DNA of 64,000 nucleotides, taken from Eledone cirrhosa (lineage: Eukaryota). The stretch covers positions 12,834,001 to 12,898,000 of the forward strand of contig OZ024756.1 of assembly GCA_964016885.1 (NCBI GenBank), in the 5' to 3' direction. The notes beneath the pieces were generated by a model. That model worked only from the letters and a program-made list of their open reading frames with translations. It searched no databases and was not told the origin of the DNA. This document shows, piece after piece, positions 23,256 to 36,644 of this stretch. Position 1 is the first letter of the stretch. The number at the start of each line of letters is the position of its first letter. A program made the position numbers and the translations under genes.

Positions 23256-25024
23256 ATATATATATAGATGATATAATAAGTATCATGAATATGACAACAT
23301 CGCAGTTAGAGGATCAACATTTTATCTTACAAATTAACAAGATCTAGAAACGCTAGTCCAACTAGATTCATCAGAAAATTCAATTCCTACTATTTTGTAT
23401 CATTTAATGATATATATATATATATATCAGTTAGTAAACAGTAGGTATAACCCCATCCAGTGCCAACCAGTTCTACCCAATGCCATCATGTATGGTAATG
23501 ATATTTAATCAAACTTAGGTGAAATTCTATAAATAAATAAATAGAGATTTTTGAAGAAATAGAGAGAAAGTGATGTCCGAATTCGTATCTTCCACTTCCA
23601 ACTAACTTAATCTCCACCTCTTGGTCCCGGCCAACAGGATGGAGAGGGAGACACACTGGAACAACCACTCGACCTTGTTTGGGCTTACACCTCAGGTGGC
23701 CAACTCCACTTCGATAGCAGTGAGTACGGATGTGGTCCAGGGGCCAAGAACACCGGAAGTCTCCACTGCTATAGGCTCTACCACAAACCTATCAGAGAGC
23801 AGCTGATACTTAGGCACCAAACTTATTATTAAAGACATTTCAGCCATAACTATCCAGCCTTTCATCTAAAACTACATGGACCAATGTAGCCTTCCTTTTT
23901 TCGAGCAGATAGACTAGACCGATTAAAAAGAAATTTCTAGCAAGCTAAGGAGCTAGATAGAGGTTCCCTCATTGGCTCATGGTGAAACCCCTCCCCTAGC
24001 TATTTTTAAGCATTATTACTAACAAAACCTGTCTATTTTCAATGCTAAGCCAAGGACAATATTTCAGCAGCATTTACACCTCCCCTCTAACTACACCCTT
24101 CCTATATCTCCTGCTGTTCTATGTTGTGGGATCTGGAACATCTGTTGTAGCTGTCTACTAAGGGATCTGGAACATCTGTTGTAGCTGTCTACTCTTCACT
24201 AACAATCTTGGATAGAATCCAAACAGATAAATAAAAAGAAATCATCTGTCAACAATCTAAATATGGAACCTCTGCATTTACTGCACACACACATACAGGC
24301 ACACAAACAGACAGACACACACACACATACAGATGGACACACAGACACACACACATACAGACGGGGGGGGGGGGCACAGACACACACACAGACAACACCA
24401 TGTTCTCTCATGCTACTTTTTTTTTTGCAACAGAATTCTTTTATATTCACCCTAAATCAAGTTAACTGAAGTTGTCAACTAGGAGGGCATCTGAACATTT
24501 GATAGGGCCCACCCTAAATTTCCTAGGTAACAAGGTTGTCAACTATTTCCAGGTGGGCATCTGAATATTTGATAGGGCCCACCCTAAATTTCCTAGGTAA
24601 CGAGGTTGTCAACTAATTTTAGGTGGGCATCCAAACATATGATAAAGCCTATTTCATGTAAAGGTGAGTTGTTTAGTGGTTAGAGAATTGGATTCATAAT
24701 TGTGAGGTTGCAAGTTCAATTTCCGGACTGAGCAGTGCGTTATATCCTGAAGCAAGACACTTTATTTCACGTTGCTCTTTCTGCCAGAAGTTATGACTGG
24801 TAGATAGTATTAGCAATTGGAAAGACCAATGGAAACACCGTTTCCTTGGTCCAATGTGACAGATTCCACCGCACTTGGTAAGCAATCGATCAATTCATTT
24901 TATGTAAGCTCTTGTTATTTACTGCTACTGTGCAAAACCTACACTTTTTTGTTCGCTTTCCCAAAATTCCACTACATTGTGTATCTATAATTTCTTCTTC
25001 TATATATCCATTACCAGTGCCATG

Positions 25025-28000
25025 ATAGTTCCTCCTCCAGCTCACCCCGTCTAGCATTGCTGTCTAAATTTCCCTCCCCTCCAACTCAGTGTCATATTCA
25101 AGAACATCCTTCAGCATAGTGGCTGGTTTCCCAGTGTCATCTTCAAGAACATCTTTCAGCATAGTGGTTGGACTCCCAGTATCATCTGCAAGAACCTCCT
25201 TCAGCATAGTGGCTAGTCTACCAGTGTAATCTTCAAGAACATCTTTCAGCATAGTGGCTAGTCTACCAGTGTAATCTTCAAGAACATCTTTCAGCATAGT
25301 GGCTGGTCTCCCAGTGTCATCTGCAAGAACATCTTTCAGCATAGTGGCTAGTCTCCCAGTGTCATCTTCAAGAACATCTTTCAGCATAGTGGCTAGTCTC
25401 CCAGTGTCATCTTCAAGAACACCCTTCAGCATAGTGGCTAGTCTCCCAGTGTCATCTTCAAGAACATCCTTCAGTGTGATGGCTGGTCTCCCAGTGTCAT
25501 CTTCAAGAACACCATTCAGCATAGTGGCTAGTCTCCCAGTGTCATCTTCAAGAACATCCTTCAGTGTGATGGCTGGTCTCCCAGTGTCATCTTCAAGAAC
25601 ACCCTTCAGCATAGTGGCTAGTCTCCCAGTGTCATCTTCAAGAACATCTTTCAGCATAGTGGCTAGTCTCCCAGTGTAATCTTCAAGAACATCTTTCAGC
25701 ATAGTGGCTGGTCTCCCAGTGTCATCTTCAAGAACATCTTTCAGCATAGTGACTAGTCTCCCAGTGTCATCTTCAAGAACACCCTTCAGCATAGTGGCTA
25801 GTCTCCCAGTGTCATCTTCAAGAACATCTTTCAGCATAGTGGCTGGTCTCCCAGTGTCATCTTCAAGAACATCCTTCAGCATAGTGGCTGGTCTCCCAGT
25901 GTCATCTTCAAGAACACCATTCAGCATAGTGGCTAGTCTCCCAGTGTCATCTTCAAGAACATCTTTCAGCATAGTGGCTAGTCTCCCAGTGTCATCTTCA
26001 AGAACATCCTTCAGCATAGTGGCTGGTCTCCCAGTGTCATCTTCAAGAACACCATTCAGCATAGTGGCTAGTCTCCCAGTGTCATCTTCAAGAACATCTT
26101 TCAGCATAGTGGCTGGTCTCCCAGTGTCATCTTCAAGAACACCATTCAGCATAGTGGCTAGTCTCCCAGTGTCATCTTCAAGAACATCTTTCAGCATAGT
26201 GGCTGGTCTCCCAGTGTCATCTTCAAGAACATCTTTCAGCATAGTGGCTGGTCTCCCAGTGTCATCTTCAAGAACATCTTTCAGCATAGTGGCTAGTCTC
26301 CCAGTGTCATCTGCAAGAACATCTTTCAGCATAGTGGTTAGTCTCCCAGTGTAATCTTCAAGAACATCTTTCAGCATAGTGGCTAGTCTCCCAGTGTAAT
26401 CTTCAAGAACATCTTTCAGCATAGTGGCTAGTCTCCCAGTGTCATCTTCAAGAACATCTTTCAGCATAGTGGCTAGTCTCCCAGTGTAATCTTCAAGAAC
26501 ATCTTTCAGCATAGTGGCTAGTCTCCCAGTGTCATCTGCAAGAACATCTTTCAGCATAGTGGTTAGTCTCCCAGTGTAATCTTCAAGAACATCTTTCAGC
26601 ATAGTGGCTAGTCTCCCAGTGTAATCTTCAAGAACATCTTTCAGCATAGTGGCTAGTCTCCCAGTGTAATCTTCAAGAACATCTTTCAGCATAGTGGCTA
26701 GTCTCCCAGTGTAATCTTCAAGAACATCTTTCAGCATAGTGGCTAGTCTCCCAGTGTCATCTTCAAGAACATCTTTCAGCATAGTGGCTGGTCTCCCAGT
26801 GTCATCTTCAAGAACACCATTCAGCATAGTGGCTAGTCTCCCAGTGTCATCTTCAAGAACATCTTTCAGCATAGTGGCTGGTCTCCCAGTGTCATCTTCA
26901 AGAACATCTTTCAGCATAGTGGCTGGTCTCCCAGTGTCATCTTCAAGAACATCTTTCAGCATAGTGGCTAGTCTCCTAGTGTCATCTGCAAGAACATCTT
27001 TCAGCATAGTGGTTAGTCTCCCAGTGTAATCTTCAAGAACATCTTTCAGCATAGTGGCTAGTCTCCCAGTGTAATCTTCAAGAACATCTTTCAGCATAGT
27101 GGCTAGTCTCCCAGTGTCATCTTCAAGAACATCTTTCAGCATAGTGGCTAGTCTCCCAGTGTCATCTTCAAGAACACCATTCAGCATAGTGGCTAGTCTC
27201 CCAGTGTCATCTTCAAGAACACCATTCAGCATAGTGGCTAGTCTCCCAGTGTCATCTTCAAGAACACCATTCAGCATAGTGGCTAGTCTCCCAGTGTCAT
27301 CTTCAAGAACATCCTTCAGTGTGATGGCTGGTCTCCCAGTGTCATCTTCAAGAACACCCTTCAGCATAGTGGCTAGTCTCCCAGTGTCATCTTCAAGAAC
27401 ACCATTCAGCATAGTGGCTAGTCTCCCAGTGTCATCTTCAAGAACACCCTTCAGCATAGTGGCTAGTCTCCCAGTGTCATCTTCAAGAACATCTTTCAGC
27501 ATAGTGGCTGGTCTCCCAGTGTCATCTTCAAGAACATCTTTCAGCATAGTGGCTGGTCTCCCAGTGTCATCTTCAAGAACACCCTTCAGCATAGTGGCTG
27601 GTCTCCCAGTGTCATCTTCAAGAACACCATTCAGCATAGTGGCTAGTCTCCCAGTGTCATCTTCAAGAACATCTTTCAGCATAGTGGCTGGTCTCCCAGT
27701 GTCATCTTCAAGAACACCCTTCAGCATAGTGGCTGGTCTCCCAGTGTCATCTTCAAGAACACCATTCAGCATAGTGGCTGGTCTCCCAGTGTCATCTTCA
27801 AGAACACCCTTCAGCATAGTGGCTAGTCTCCCAGTGTCATCTTCAAGAACATCTTTCAGCATAGTGGCTGGTCTCCCAGTGTCATCTTCAAGAACACCCT
27901 TCAGCATAGTGGCTGGTCTCCCAGTGTCATCTTCAAGAACACCCTTCAGCATAGTGGCTGGTCTCCCAGTGTCATCTTCAAGAACACCCTTCAGCATAGT

Positions 28001-30680
28001 GGCTAGTCTCCCAGTGTCATCTTCAAGAACATCTTTCAGCATAGTGGCTAGTCTCCCAGTGTCATCTTCAAGAACATCCTTCAGCATAGTGGCTGGTTTC
28101 CCAGTGTCATCTTCAAGAACATCTTTCAGCATAGTGGCTGGTCTCCCAGTGTCATCTTCAAGAACACCCTTCAGCATAGTGGCTAGTCTCCCAGTGTCAT
28201 CTTCAAGAACATCCTTCAGCATAGTGGCTGGTTTCCCAGTGTCATCTTCAAGAACACCCTTCAGCATAGTGGCTGGTCTCCCAGTGTCATCTTCAAGAAC
28301 ACCCTTCAGCATAGTGGCTGGTCTCCCAGTGTCATCTTCAAGAACACCATTCAGCATAGTGGCTAGTCTCCCAGTGTCATCTTCAAGAACACCCTTCAGC
28401 ATAGTGGCTGGTCTCCCAGTGTCATCTGCAAGAACATCTTTCAGCATAGTGGCTAGTCTCCCAGTGTCATCTTCAAGAACATCTTTCAGCATAGTGGCTA
28501 GTCTCCCAGTGTCATCTTCAAGAACACCCTTCAGCATAGTGGCTAGTCTCCCAGTGTCATCTTCAAGAACACCCTTCAGCATAGTGGCTGGTCTCCCAGT
28601 GTCATCTTCAAGAACACCATTCAGCATAGTGGCTGGTCTCCCAGTGTCATTTTCAAGAACATCTTTCAGCATAGTGGCTGGTCTCCCAGTGTCATCTTCA
28701 AGAACATCTTTCAGCATAGTGACTAGTCTCCCAGTGTCATCTTCAAGAACATCTTTCAGCATAGTGGCTGGTCTCCCAGTGTCATTTTCAAGAACATCTT
28801 TCAACATAGTGGCTGGTCTCCCAGTGTCATCTTCAAGAACATCTTTCAGCATAGTGGCTGGTCTCCCAGTGTCATCTTCAAGAACATCTTTCAGCATAGT
28901 GGCTGGTCTCCCAGTGTCATCTTCAAGAACATCTTTCAGCATAGTGACTAGTCTCCCAGTGTCATCTTCAAGAACATCTTTCAGCATAGTGGCTGGTCTC
29001 CCAGTGTCATCTTCAAGAACATCTTTCAGCATAGTGGCTGGTTTCCCAGTGTCATCTTCAAGAACATCTTTCAGCATAGTGACTAGTCTCCCAGTGTCAT
29101 CTTCAAGAACATCTTTCAACATAGTGGCTGGTTTCCCAGTGTCATCTTCAAGAACATCTTTCAGCATAGTGACTAGTCTCCCAGTGTCATCTTCAAGAAC
29201 ATCTTTCAGCATAGTGGCTAGTCTCCCAGTGTCATCTTTAAGAACATCCTTCAGTGTGATGGCTGGTCTCCCAGTGTCATCTTCAAGAACATCTTTCAGC
29301 ATAGTGGCTGGTCTCCCAGTGTCATCTTCAAGAACATCTTTCAGCATAGTGACTAGTCTCCCAGTGTCATCTTCAAGAACATCTTTCAGCATAGTGGCTG
29401 GTCTCCCAGTGTCATCTTCAAGAACATCTTTCAGCATAGTGGCTGGTCTCCCAGTGTCATCTTCAAGAACATCTTTCAACATAGTGGCTGGTTTCCCAGT
29501 GTCATCTTTAAGAACATCCTTCAGTGTGATGGCTAGTCTCCCAGTGTCATCTTCAAGAACATCTTTCAGCATAGTGACTAGTCTCCCAGTGTCATCTTCA
29601 AGAACATCTTTCAGCATAGTGGCTGGTTTCCCAGTGTCATCTTTAAGAACATCCTTCAGTGTGATGGCTAGTCTCCCAGTGTCATCTTCAAGAACATCTT
29701 TCAGCATAGTGACTAGTCTCCCAGTGTCATCTTCAAGAACATCTTTCAGCATAGTGGCTGGTCTCCCAGTGTCATCTTCAAGAACATCTTTCAGCATAGT
29801 GGCTGGTCTCCCAGTGTCATCTTCAAGAACATCTTTCAACATAGTGGCTGGTTTCCCAGTGTCATCTTTAAGAACATCCTTCAGTGTGATGGCTAGTTTC
29901 CCAGTGTCATCTTCAAGAACATCTTTCAGCATAGTGACTAGTCTCCCAGTGTCATCTTCAAGAACATCTTTCAGCATAGTGGCTAGTCTCCCAGTGTCAT
30001 CTTTAAGAACATCCTTCAGTGTGATGGCTAGTCTCCCAGTGTCATCTTCAAGAACACCCTTCAGCATAGTGGCTGGTCTCCCAGTGTCATCTTCAAGAAC
30101 ACCCTTCAGCATAGTGGCTAGTCTCCCAGTGTCATCTTCAAGAACACCCTTCAGCATAGTGGCTAGTCTCCCAGTGTCATCTTCAAGAACACCCTTCAGC
30201 ATAGTGGCTAGTCTCCCAGTGTCATCTTCAAGAACATCCTTCAGCATAGTGGCTGGTCTCCCAGTGTCATCTTCAAGAACATCCTTCAGCATAGTGGCTA
30301 GTCTCCCAGTGTCATCTTCAAGAACATCCTTCAGCATAGTGGCTGGTTTCCCAGTGTCATCTTCAAGAACACCCTTCAGCATAGTGGCTAGTCTCCCAGT
30401 GTCATCTTCAAGAACACCCTTCAGCATAGTGGCTAGTCTCCCAGTGTCATCTTCAAGAACATCCTTCAGTGTGATGGTTGGTCTCCCAACTCATCTGCAC
30501 ACATCAGGTTTCCAGAAAGGAACTCTCCCAGCAGGTTTATTGTGACGTTACACATGTCTGGTTAATGTGAGCCTTCTACATTTTATGTCAGAAAGGCGAA
30601 GGTGTGAATCGTAGAGCAATTTATTTGCTATGTGTGTTCTCCAGGACATGTTCTGGATCTCTCTATGTAATAATTATCTG
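25025..30680 (-). mobile_element. RTE-type LINE ORF2 C-terminal relic hosting the 45-bp array
   Basis: Flanks translate NMSWRTHIANKLLY, RRLTLTRHV, KPAGRVPFWKP..VGRPTITLKDVLEDDTG [array] DTELEGREI*TAMLDGVSWRR. Confidence 0.7.
25088..30487. repeat. 45-bp minisatellite, ~120 copies, no visible indels
   Basis: Unit CCAGTGTCATCTTCAAGAACAYCHTTCAGCATAGTGGCTRGTCTC; source of the 1787-aa MLKDVLEDDTGRLAT ORF. Confidence 0.98.
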
Positions 30681-31569
30681 CAGCAACTACGACCCCACCC
30701 CAATTGTGACGTTACACATGTTTAGCTAATGCAAGCCTCCTACATCCATAATTTACATTTTGTATACCGTATGGAATTTCTACCCACTCCTATTTTGCAC
30801 AGTGAACATGGCCACCTCACTGATGGAGAAATTACTCTATGAAACAGAATTTCAGAAACAGGTCTGTTCAATGAAAATACCTTTAACCTTTAGCTTTATT
30901 TCACATAATATCGAAGCTGTGAGATTTTGATGATATTTATTTTGAGAACAATGCTTTAACATAAGTATGAGCAGCTGGTTAGAGCCGGTTTGAGCAGAAA
31001 GAAGTGAGAGAATTCTGGTCGGACACGGCCAGTTTAAATGCTAAAGGGTTAATTCATTATACTATGAAAAGTAGTTTTCATAAAAAGAAATTGTGTTACG
31101 TCAGCAAACATAAATATACATATATATACACAGTGTGTGAGTGTCATGCCTGCCTACATAAATATACATCATCATCATCATTTTATGCTGCTTTTCCCTG
31201 CTTGCAAGGGTGGGACGGGAACCGATTCTGGCTTGATTTCTACAGCTGGATGCCCTTCCTAATACCAACCTCATTTACAGTGAGTGCTAGGTGCTTTTTT
31301 GTTCCCGTGGCACCTACACGTTCACTCTACAGTGTGGGCTGAGTGCTTTTTATGCCGTGACACCTCTACGACCACTTTGCAGTGGAATGATAGGGACCAC
31401 AGTCCTATCATCTCCTTTCTACAGCTGAGTAAACTGGAGCAATGTGAAATAAAGTGTCTTGCTCAAGGAAACAACATCACCCGGTCTGAGAATTGAACTC
31501 ACAACCTTTCGATTGCAAGGCCAATGCTCTAACCACTAAGCCATATGCCTCCACCTATACAAACACAAA

Positions 31570-31845
31570 TTCTAGGGTATTTGTACAGAGCACAGAGCCT
31601 TCCTAAATGTCCTCATTTCAATGGGTATAAATAAAACCTACACTGACATCCTTAAAAGAAACTAAAATCCCCCTAGATGAAGGCTATTCTCAAATGGTGT
31701 TCATACAATAAGGAGTCAGGGAAGAAGACGCTATGAGTCACTGCAAGAAATATTTAAGAAATTAGAAGGAGTAAGATGGAATATCAATAGATGGAGAGTG
31801 CTTAATAGACATAGAATTTGTAGATGATATAGCAATCACAGCAGA
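31570..31845 (+). mobile_element. RTE-type LINE RT fragment ending at the catalytic motif
   Basis: GVREEDAMS (cf. GVRQGD.MSP), LQEIFKKL, GISIDGECLIDIEFVDDIAITA (cf. FADDIV). Confidence 0.75.
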
Positions 31846-33286
31846 TGATATAGCAATCACAACAGATGTAGTTTGGGAATTAACAGATCATATAGCAATC
31901 ACAACAGGTGTAGTTTGGGAATTAACAGATCATATAGCAATCACAACAGATGGTGTAGCAATCACAACAGATGGTGTAGCAATCACAACAGATGGGGTAG
32001 CAATCACAACAGATGGGGTAGCAATCACAACAGATGGTGTAGCAATTACAACAGATAGTGTAGCAATCCCAACAGATGGGGTAGCAATCCCAACAGATGG
32101 GGTAGCAATCACAACAGATGGTGTAGCAATTACAACAGATGGTGTAGCAATTACAACAGATGGTGTAGCAATCACAACAGATGGTGTAGCAATCACAACA
32201 GATGGTGTAGCAATCACAACAGATGGTGTAGCAATCCCAACAGATGGTGTAGCAATCCCAACAGATGGTGTAGCAATCCCAACAGATGGTGTAGCAATCC
32301 CAACAGATGGTGTAGCAATCCCAACAGATGATGTAGCAATCCCAACAGATGATGTAGCAATCCCAACAGATGATGTAGCAATCCCAACAGATGATGTAGC
32401 AATCCCAACAGATGATGTAGCAATCCCAACAGATGATGTAGCAATCCCAACAGATGATGTAGCAATCACAACAGATAGTGCAGCAATCACAACAGATGAT
32501 GTAGCAATCCCAACAGATGATGTAGCAATCCCAACAGATGATCGAGCAATCCCAACAGATGATCGAGCAATCCCAACAGATGATCGAGCAATCCCAACAG
32601 ATGATGTAGCAATCCCACCAGATGATGTAGCAATCACACCAGATGATGTAGCAATCACACCAGATGATGTAGCAATCACACCAGATGATGTAGCAATCAC
32701 ACCAGATGATGTAGCAATCACACCAGATGATGTAGCAATCACACCAGATGATGTAGCAATCACACCAGATGATGTAGCAATCACACCAGATGATGTTGCA
32801 ATCACAACAGATGATGTAGCAATTACAACAGATGATGTAGCAATTACAACAGATGATGTAGCAATTACAACAGATGTAGCAATTACAACAGATGTAGCAA
32901 TTACAACAGATATAGCAATCACAACAGATTGCTACATCATCTGTTGGGATTGCTACATCATCTGTTGGGATTGCTACATCATCTGTTGGGATTGCTACAT
33001 CATCTGTTGGGATTGCTACATCATCTGTTGGGATTGCTACATCATCTGTTGGGATTGCTACATCATCTGTTGGGATTGCTATAATCACAACAGATGATGC
33101 AGCAATCACAATAGATGATGCAACAATCACAATAGATGATGCAGCAATCACAACAGATGATGCAGCAATCACAACAGATAGTGCAGCAATCACAACAGAT
33201 GGTGCAGCAATCCCAACAGATGGTGTAGCAATCGCAACAGATGGTGTAGCAATCGCAACAGATGGTGTAGCAATCCCAACAGATGA
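31823..33286. repeat. 21-bp minisatellite (~65 copies) with an internal inverted block
   Basis: Unit GATGRTGTAGCAATCMCAACA; ~32929-33082 is in the opposite orientation. Confidence 0.97.
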
Positions 33287-34212
33287 TAATAGTAAATATA
33301 AAGTAATGAAAATGCTTTAGGGTTAAACCATTTATATAAATTATTAAGCCTATAGGTAAAAATATAGTTCTGGGCAATGGCACTGCTTGCCATAGGAGCT
33401 ATTTTCCCTACTTATACCTCTGACAATAATATATTTGGGGACAAAAAAAAAAAAAATCACCCCACCCCATTCTGCATCATTAAAAAGGAAAGTGTTCAAG
33501 CAAAGCATGTTACTAATAATAGAATATGGGAGTAGAAGCAGGGGTGCATGGGAAGATAACTAACACTCACCTCAACCCCAGAGCATGAAAAGAGAAAATG
33601 GAAACAATATATGTCATGGAAAGAAGAATGTTGAAATATGAAAATATTATAGAATTAGGTGTGAAGAGATAAAAAGGAAGCCAGTGTTACACGACATACA
33701 TATATAATGAAATAACAAAAATGGAGGGGGATGGGGGGGGGGGGGGGGCAATACTTTTAACCAGAACAGATGTGAATAGATAGCACAAGGGAGTGCATGC
33801 CATGAGAGGAAGGACAAAAAAGAGGCAAGATGGATAGAAAGACAGGACTTTGAAAAATACATGAAAGTGATTTGAGAAGGTAGATCAGTTGGGACAAGAA
33901 TGGTAAGAAGGGAAGGGGTTAAGAGGTTTATTGGGGACCAGAATGGCAGAAAGGGGTTTAAAGAAAGATGATTCCAGCAGGGAACTACTATTTGCTAAAG
34001 AACACACACACACACTCACACATACTCACACACACAGACACTCACTCACACATACTCACACACACAAAATTGATACAAACACAACAAGTGCACAGTTATT
34101 TAACATGGTCCTTTATCAGTGAGTAAAGTATATAGAAATATGTGTTAAGCCATTAATCTAACCTTATTGGATGAGAGATAGAGGAGGGGGGTGGGGGTGT
34201 AATGTTATCTTT

Positions 34213-34299
<87 letters not shown>

Positions 34300-34854
34300 T
34301 GTGTGTACTGGATGAAAGATGGTGTAGTTGTATCTTTACATACATGTGTGTGTGTACGTGTACATGTATGTGTCTATGCATGTGTGTATGTATGTATATT
34401 GAATGAAAGATAGTGTAGTCGTATCTTTACATGTGTGTGTGTGTGTGTGTGTGTGCGTGTGCGTGTGCACGTGTGTGTTCATGGTGTTCATGTGTGTTCG
34501 TGTTTGTGTGTGCGAGTATGCATGTGTGTATGTATGTATATTGGATGAAAGATAGTGTAGTTGTATCTTTACATGTGTGTGTGTGTATATGTATCTGTGT
34601 GTGTGTATATATGTGATGTGTGTGTGTGTGTGTGTGTGTGTGCGCGTATACACACACACTTCCTAACTTAATCAGAATCTCTTCATACTAGTCATCTATT
34701 TTTTACAAGATAATTTATATTCCTACATAATACTTTTATCCCCTTCCATTGAACCAAACCATCCCTACCAGAGCTGGAGTCTACACAAATCTTATCTCTA
34801 ATGTTGTTCTTACTTCTTATAAAATCCACCATCACCATCATCATCATCATCAGT

Positions 34855-35375
34855 AATTCCTTTAAATATACACCTATTACATATGGTGACTACAGGATTC
34901 CCACCTAATGCTGTTCCTACTTTCTATAACCCCCATCAACAGTAATTCCTTTAAATATACTGTTTTATAATATACACCTTTCTATAACCCCCATCATCAA
35001 CAGTAATTCCTTTAAATATACACCTTTCTATAACCCCATCATCAACAGTAATTCCTTTAAATATACTGTTTTATAATATACACCTTTCTATAACCCCCAT
35101 CATCAACAGTAATTCCTTTAAATATACACCTTTCTATAACCCCATCATCAACAGTAATTCCTTTAAATATACTGTTTTATAATATACACCTTTCTATAAC
35201 CCCCATCATCAACAGTAATTCCTTTAAATATACACCTTTCTATAACCCCCATCATCAACAGTAATTCCTTTAAATATACACCTTTCTATAACCCCCATCA
35301 ACAGTAATTCCTTTAAATATACACTATTTTATAATATACACCTTTTTATAACCTCCATCATCAACAGTAATCACT
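34855..35375. repeat. AT-rich ~43/60-bp tandem repeat
   Basis: Repeated CCTTTCTATAACCCCCATCATCAACAGTAATTCCTTTAAATATAC. Confidence 0.9.
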
Positions 35376-36643
35376 TTAACCCTTTAACATTTACACTACT
35401 CTATATATACTACTATAGTTTCACAGTAAAGGCTTTACCTCACATAATATCTCACATAACATTTACATTACTCTATATATACTATTGTATTTTCACAGTA
35501 AAGGCTTTACCTCATAATATCTCATATAACATTTACATTACTCTATATATACTATTGTATTTTCACAGTAAAGGCTTTACCTCATAATATCTCATAACAT
35601 TTACATTACTCTATATATACTATTGTATTTTCACAGTAAAGGCTTTACCTCATAATATTTCACATAACATTTACATTACTCTATATATACTATTGTATTT
35701 TCACAGTAAAGGCTTTACCTCACATAATATCTCAACATTTACATTACTCTATATATACTATTGTATTTTCACAGTAAAGGCTTTACCTCATAATATCTCA
35801 CATTGACATTACTCTATATATACTATTGTATTTTCACAGTAAAGGCTTTACCTCATAATATCTCACATAACATTTACATTACTCTATATATACTATTGTA
35901 TTTTCACAGTAAAGGCTTTACCTCATAATATTTCACATAACATTTACATTACTCTATATATACTATTGTATTTTCACAGTAAAGGCTTTACCTCACATAA
36001 TATCTCGCATAACATTTACATTACTCTATATATACTATTGTATTTTCACAGTAAAGGCTTTACCTCATAATATCTCATAACATTTACATTACTCTATATA
36101 TACTATTGTATTTTCACAGTAAAGGCTTTACCTCACATAATATCTCACATAACATTTACATTACTCTATATATACTATTGTATTTTCACAGTAAAGGCTT
36201 TACCTCATAATATCTCACAACATTTACATTACTCTATATATACTATTGTATTTTCACAGTAAAGGCTTTACCTCATAATATCTCACAACATTTACATTAC
36301 TCTATATATACTATTGTATTTTCACAGTAAAGGCTTTACCTCACATAATATCTCACATAACATTTACATTACTCTATATATACTATTGTATTTTCACAGT
36401 AAAGGCTTTACCTCACATAATATCTCACATAACATTTACATTACTCTATATATACTATTGTATTTTCACAGTAAAGGCTTTACCTCATAATATCTCACAA
36501 CATTTACATTACTCTATATATACTATTGTATTTTCACAGTAAAGGCTTTACCTCATAATATTTCACATAACATTTACATTACTCTATATATACTATTGCA
36601 TTTTCACAGTAAAGGCTTTACCTCACATAAATCTATGAGATTT
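35376..36643 (+). repeat. ~65-70-bp tandem repeat derived from the left end of the TTAA MITE
   Basis: Starts TTAACCCTTTAACATTTAC; unit ACATTTACATTACTCTATATATACTATTGTATTTTCACAGTAAAGGCTTTACCTCA(CA)TAATATCTC; ends with ATCTATGAGATTT as in MITE 53011-53220. Confidence 0.92.
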
Positions 36644-36644
36644 A

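Noticed and set aside
31922-33193. Metallothionein-like CCDCY ORF
   Set aside because: Antisense reading of the LINE-derived 21-bp array
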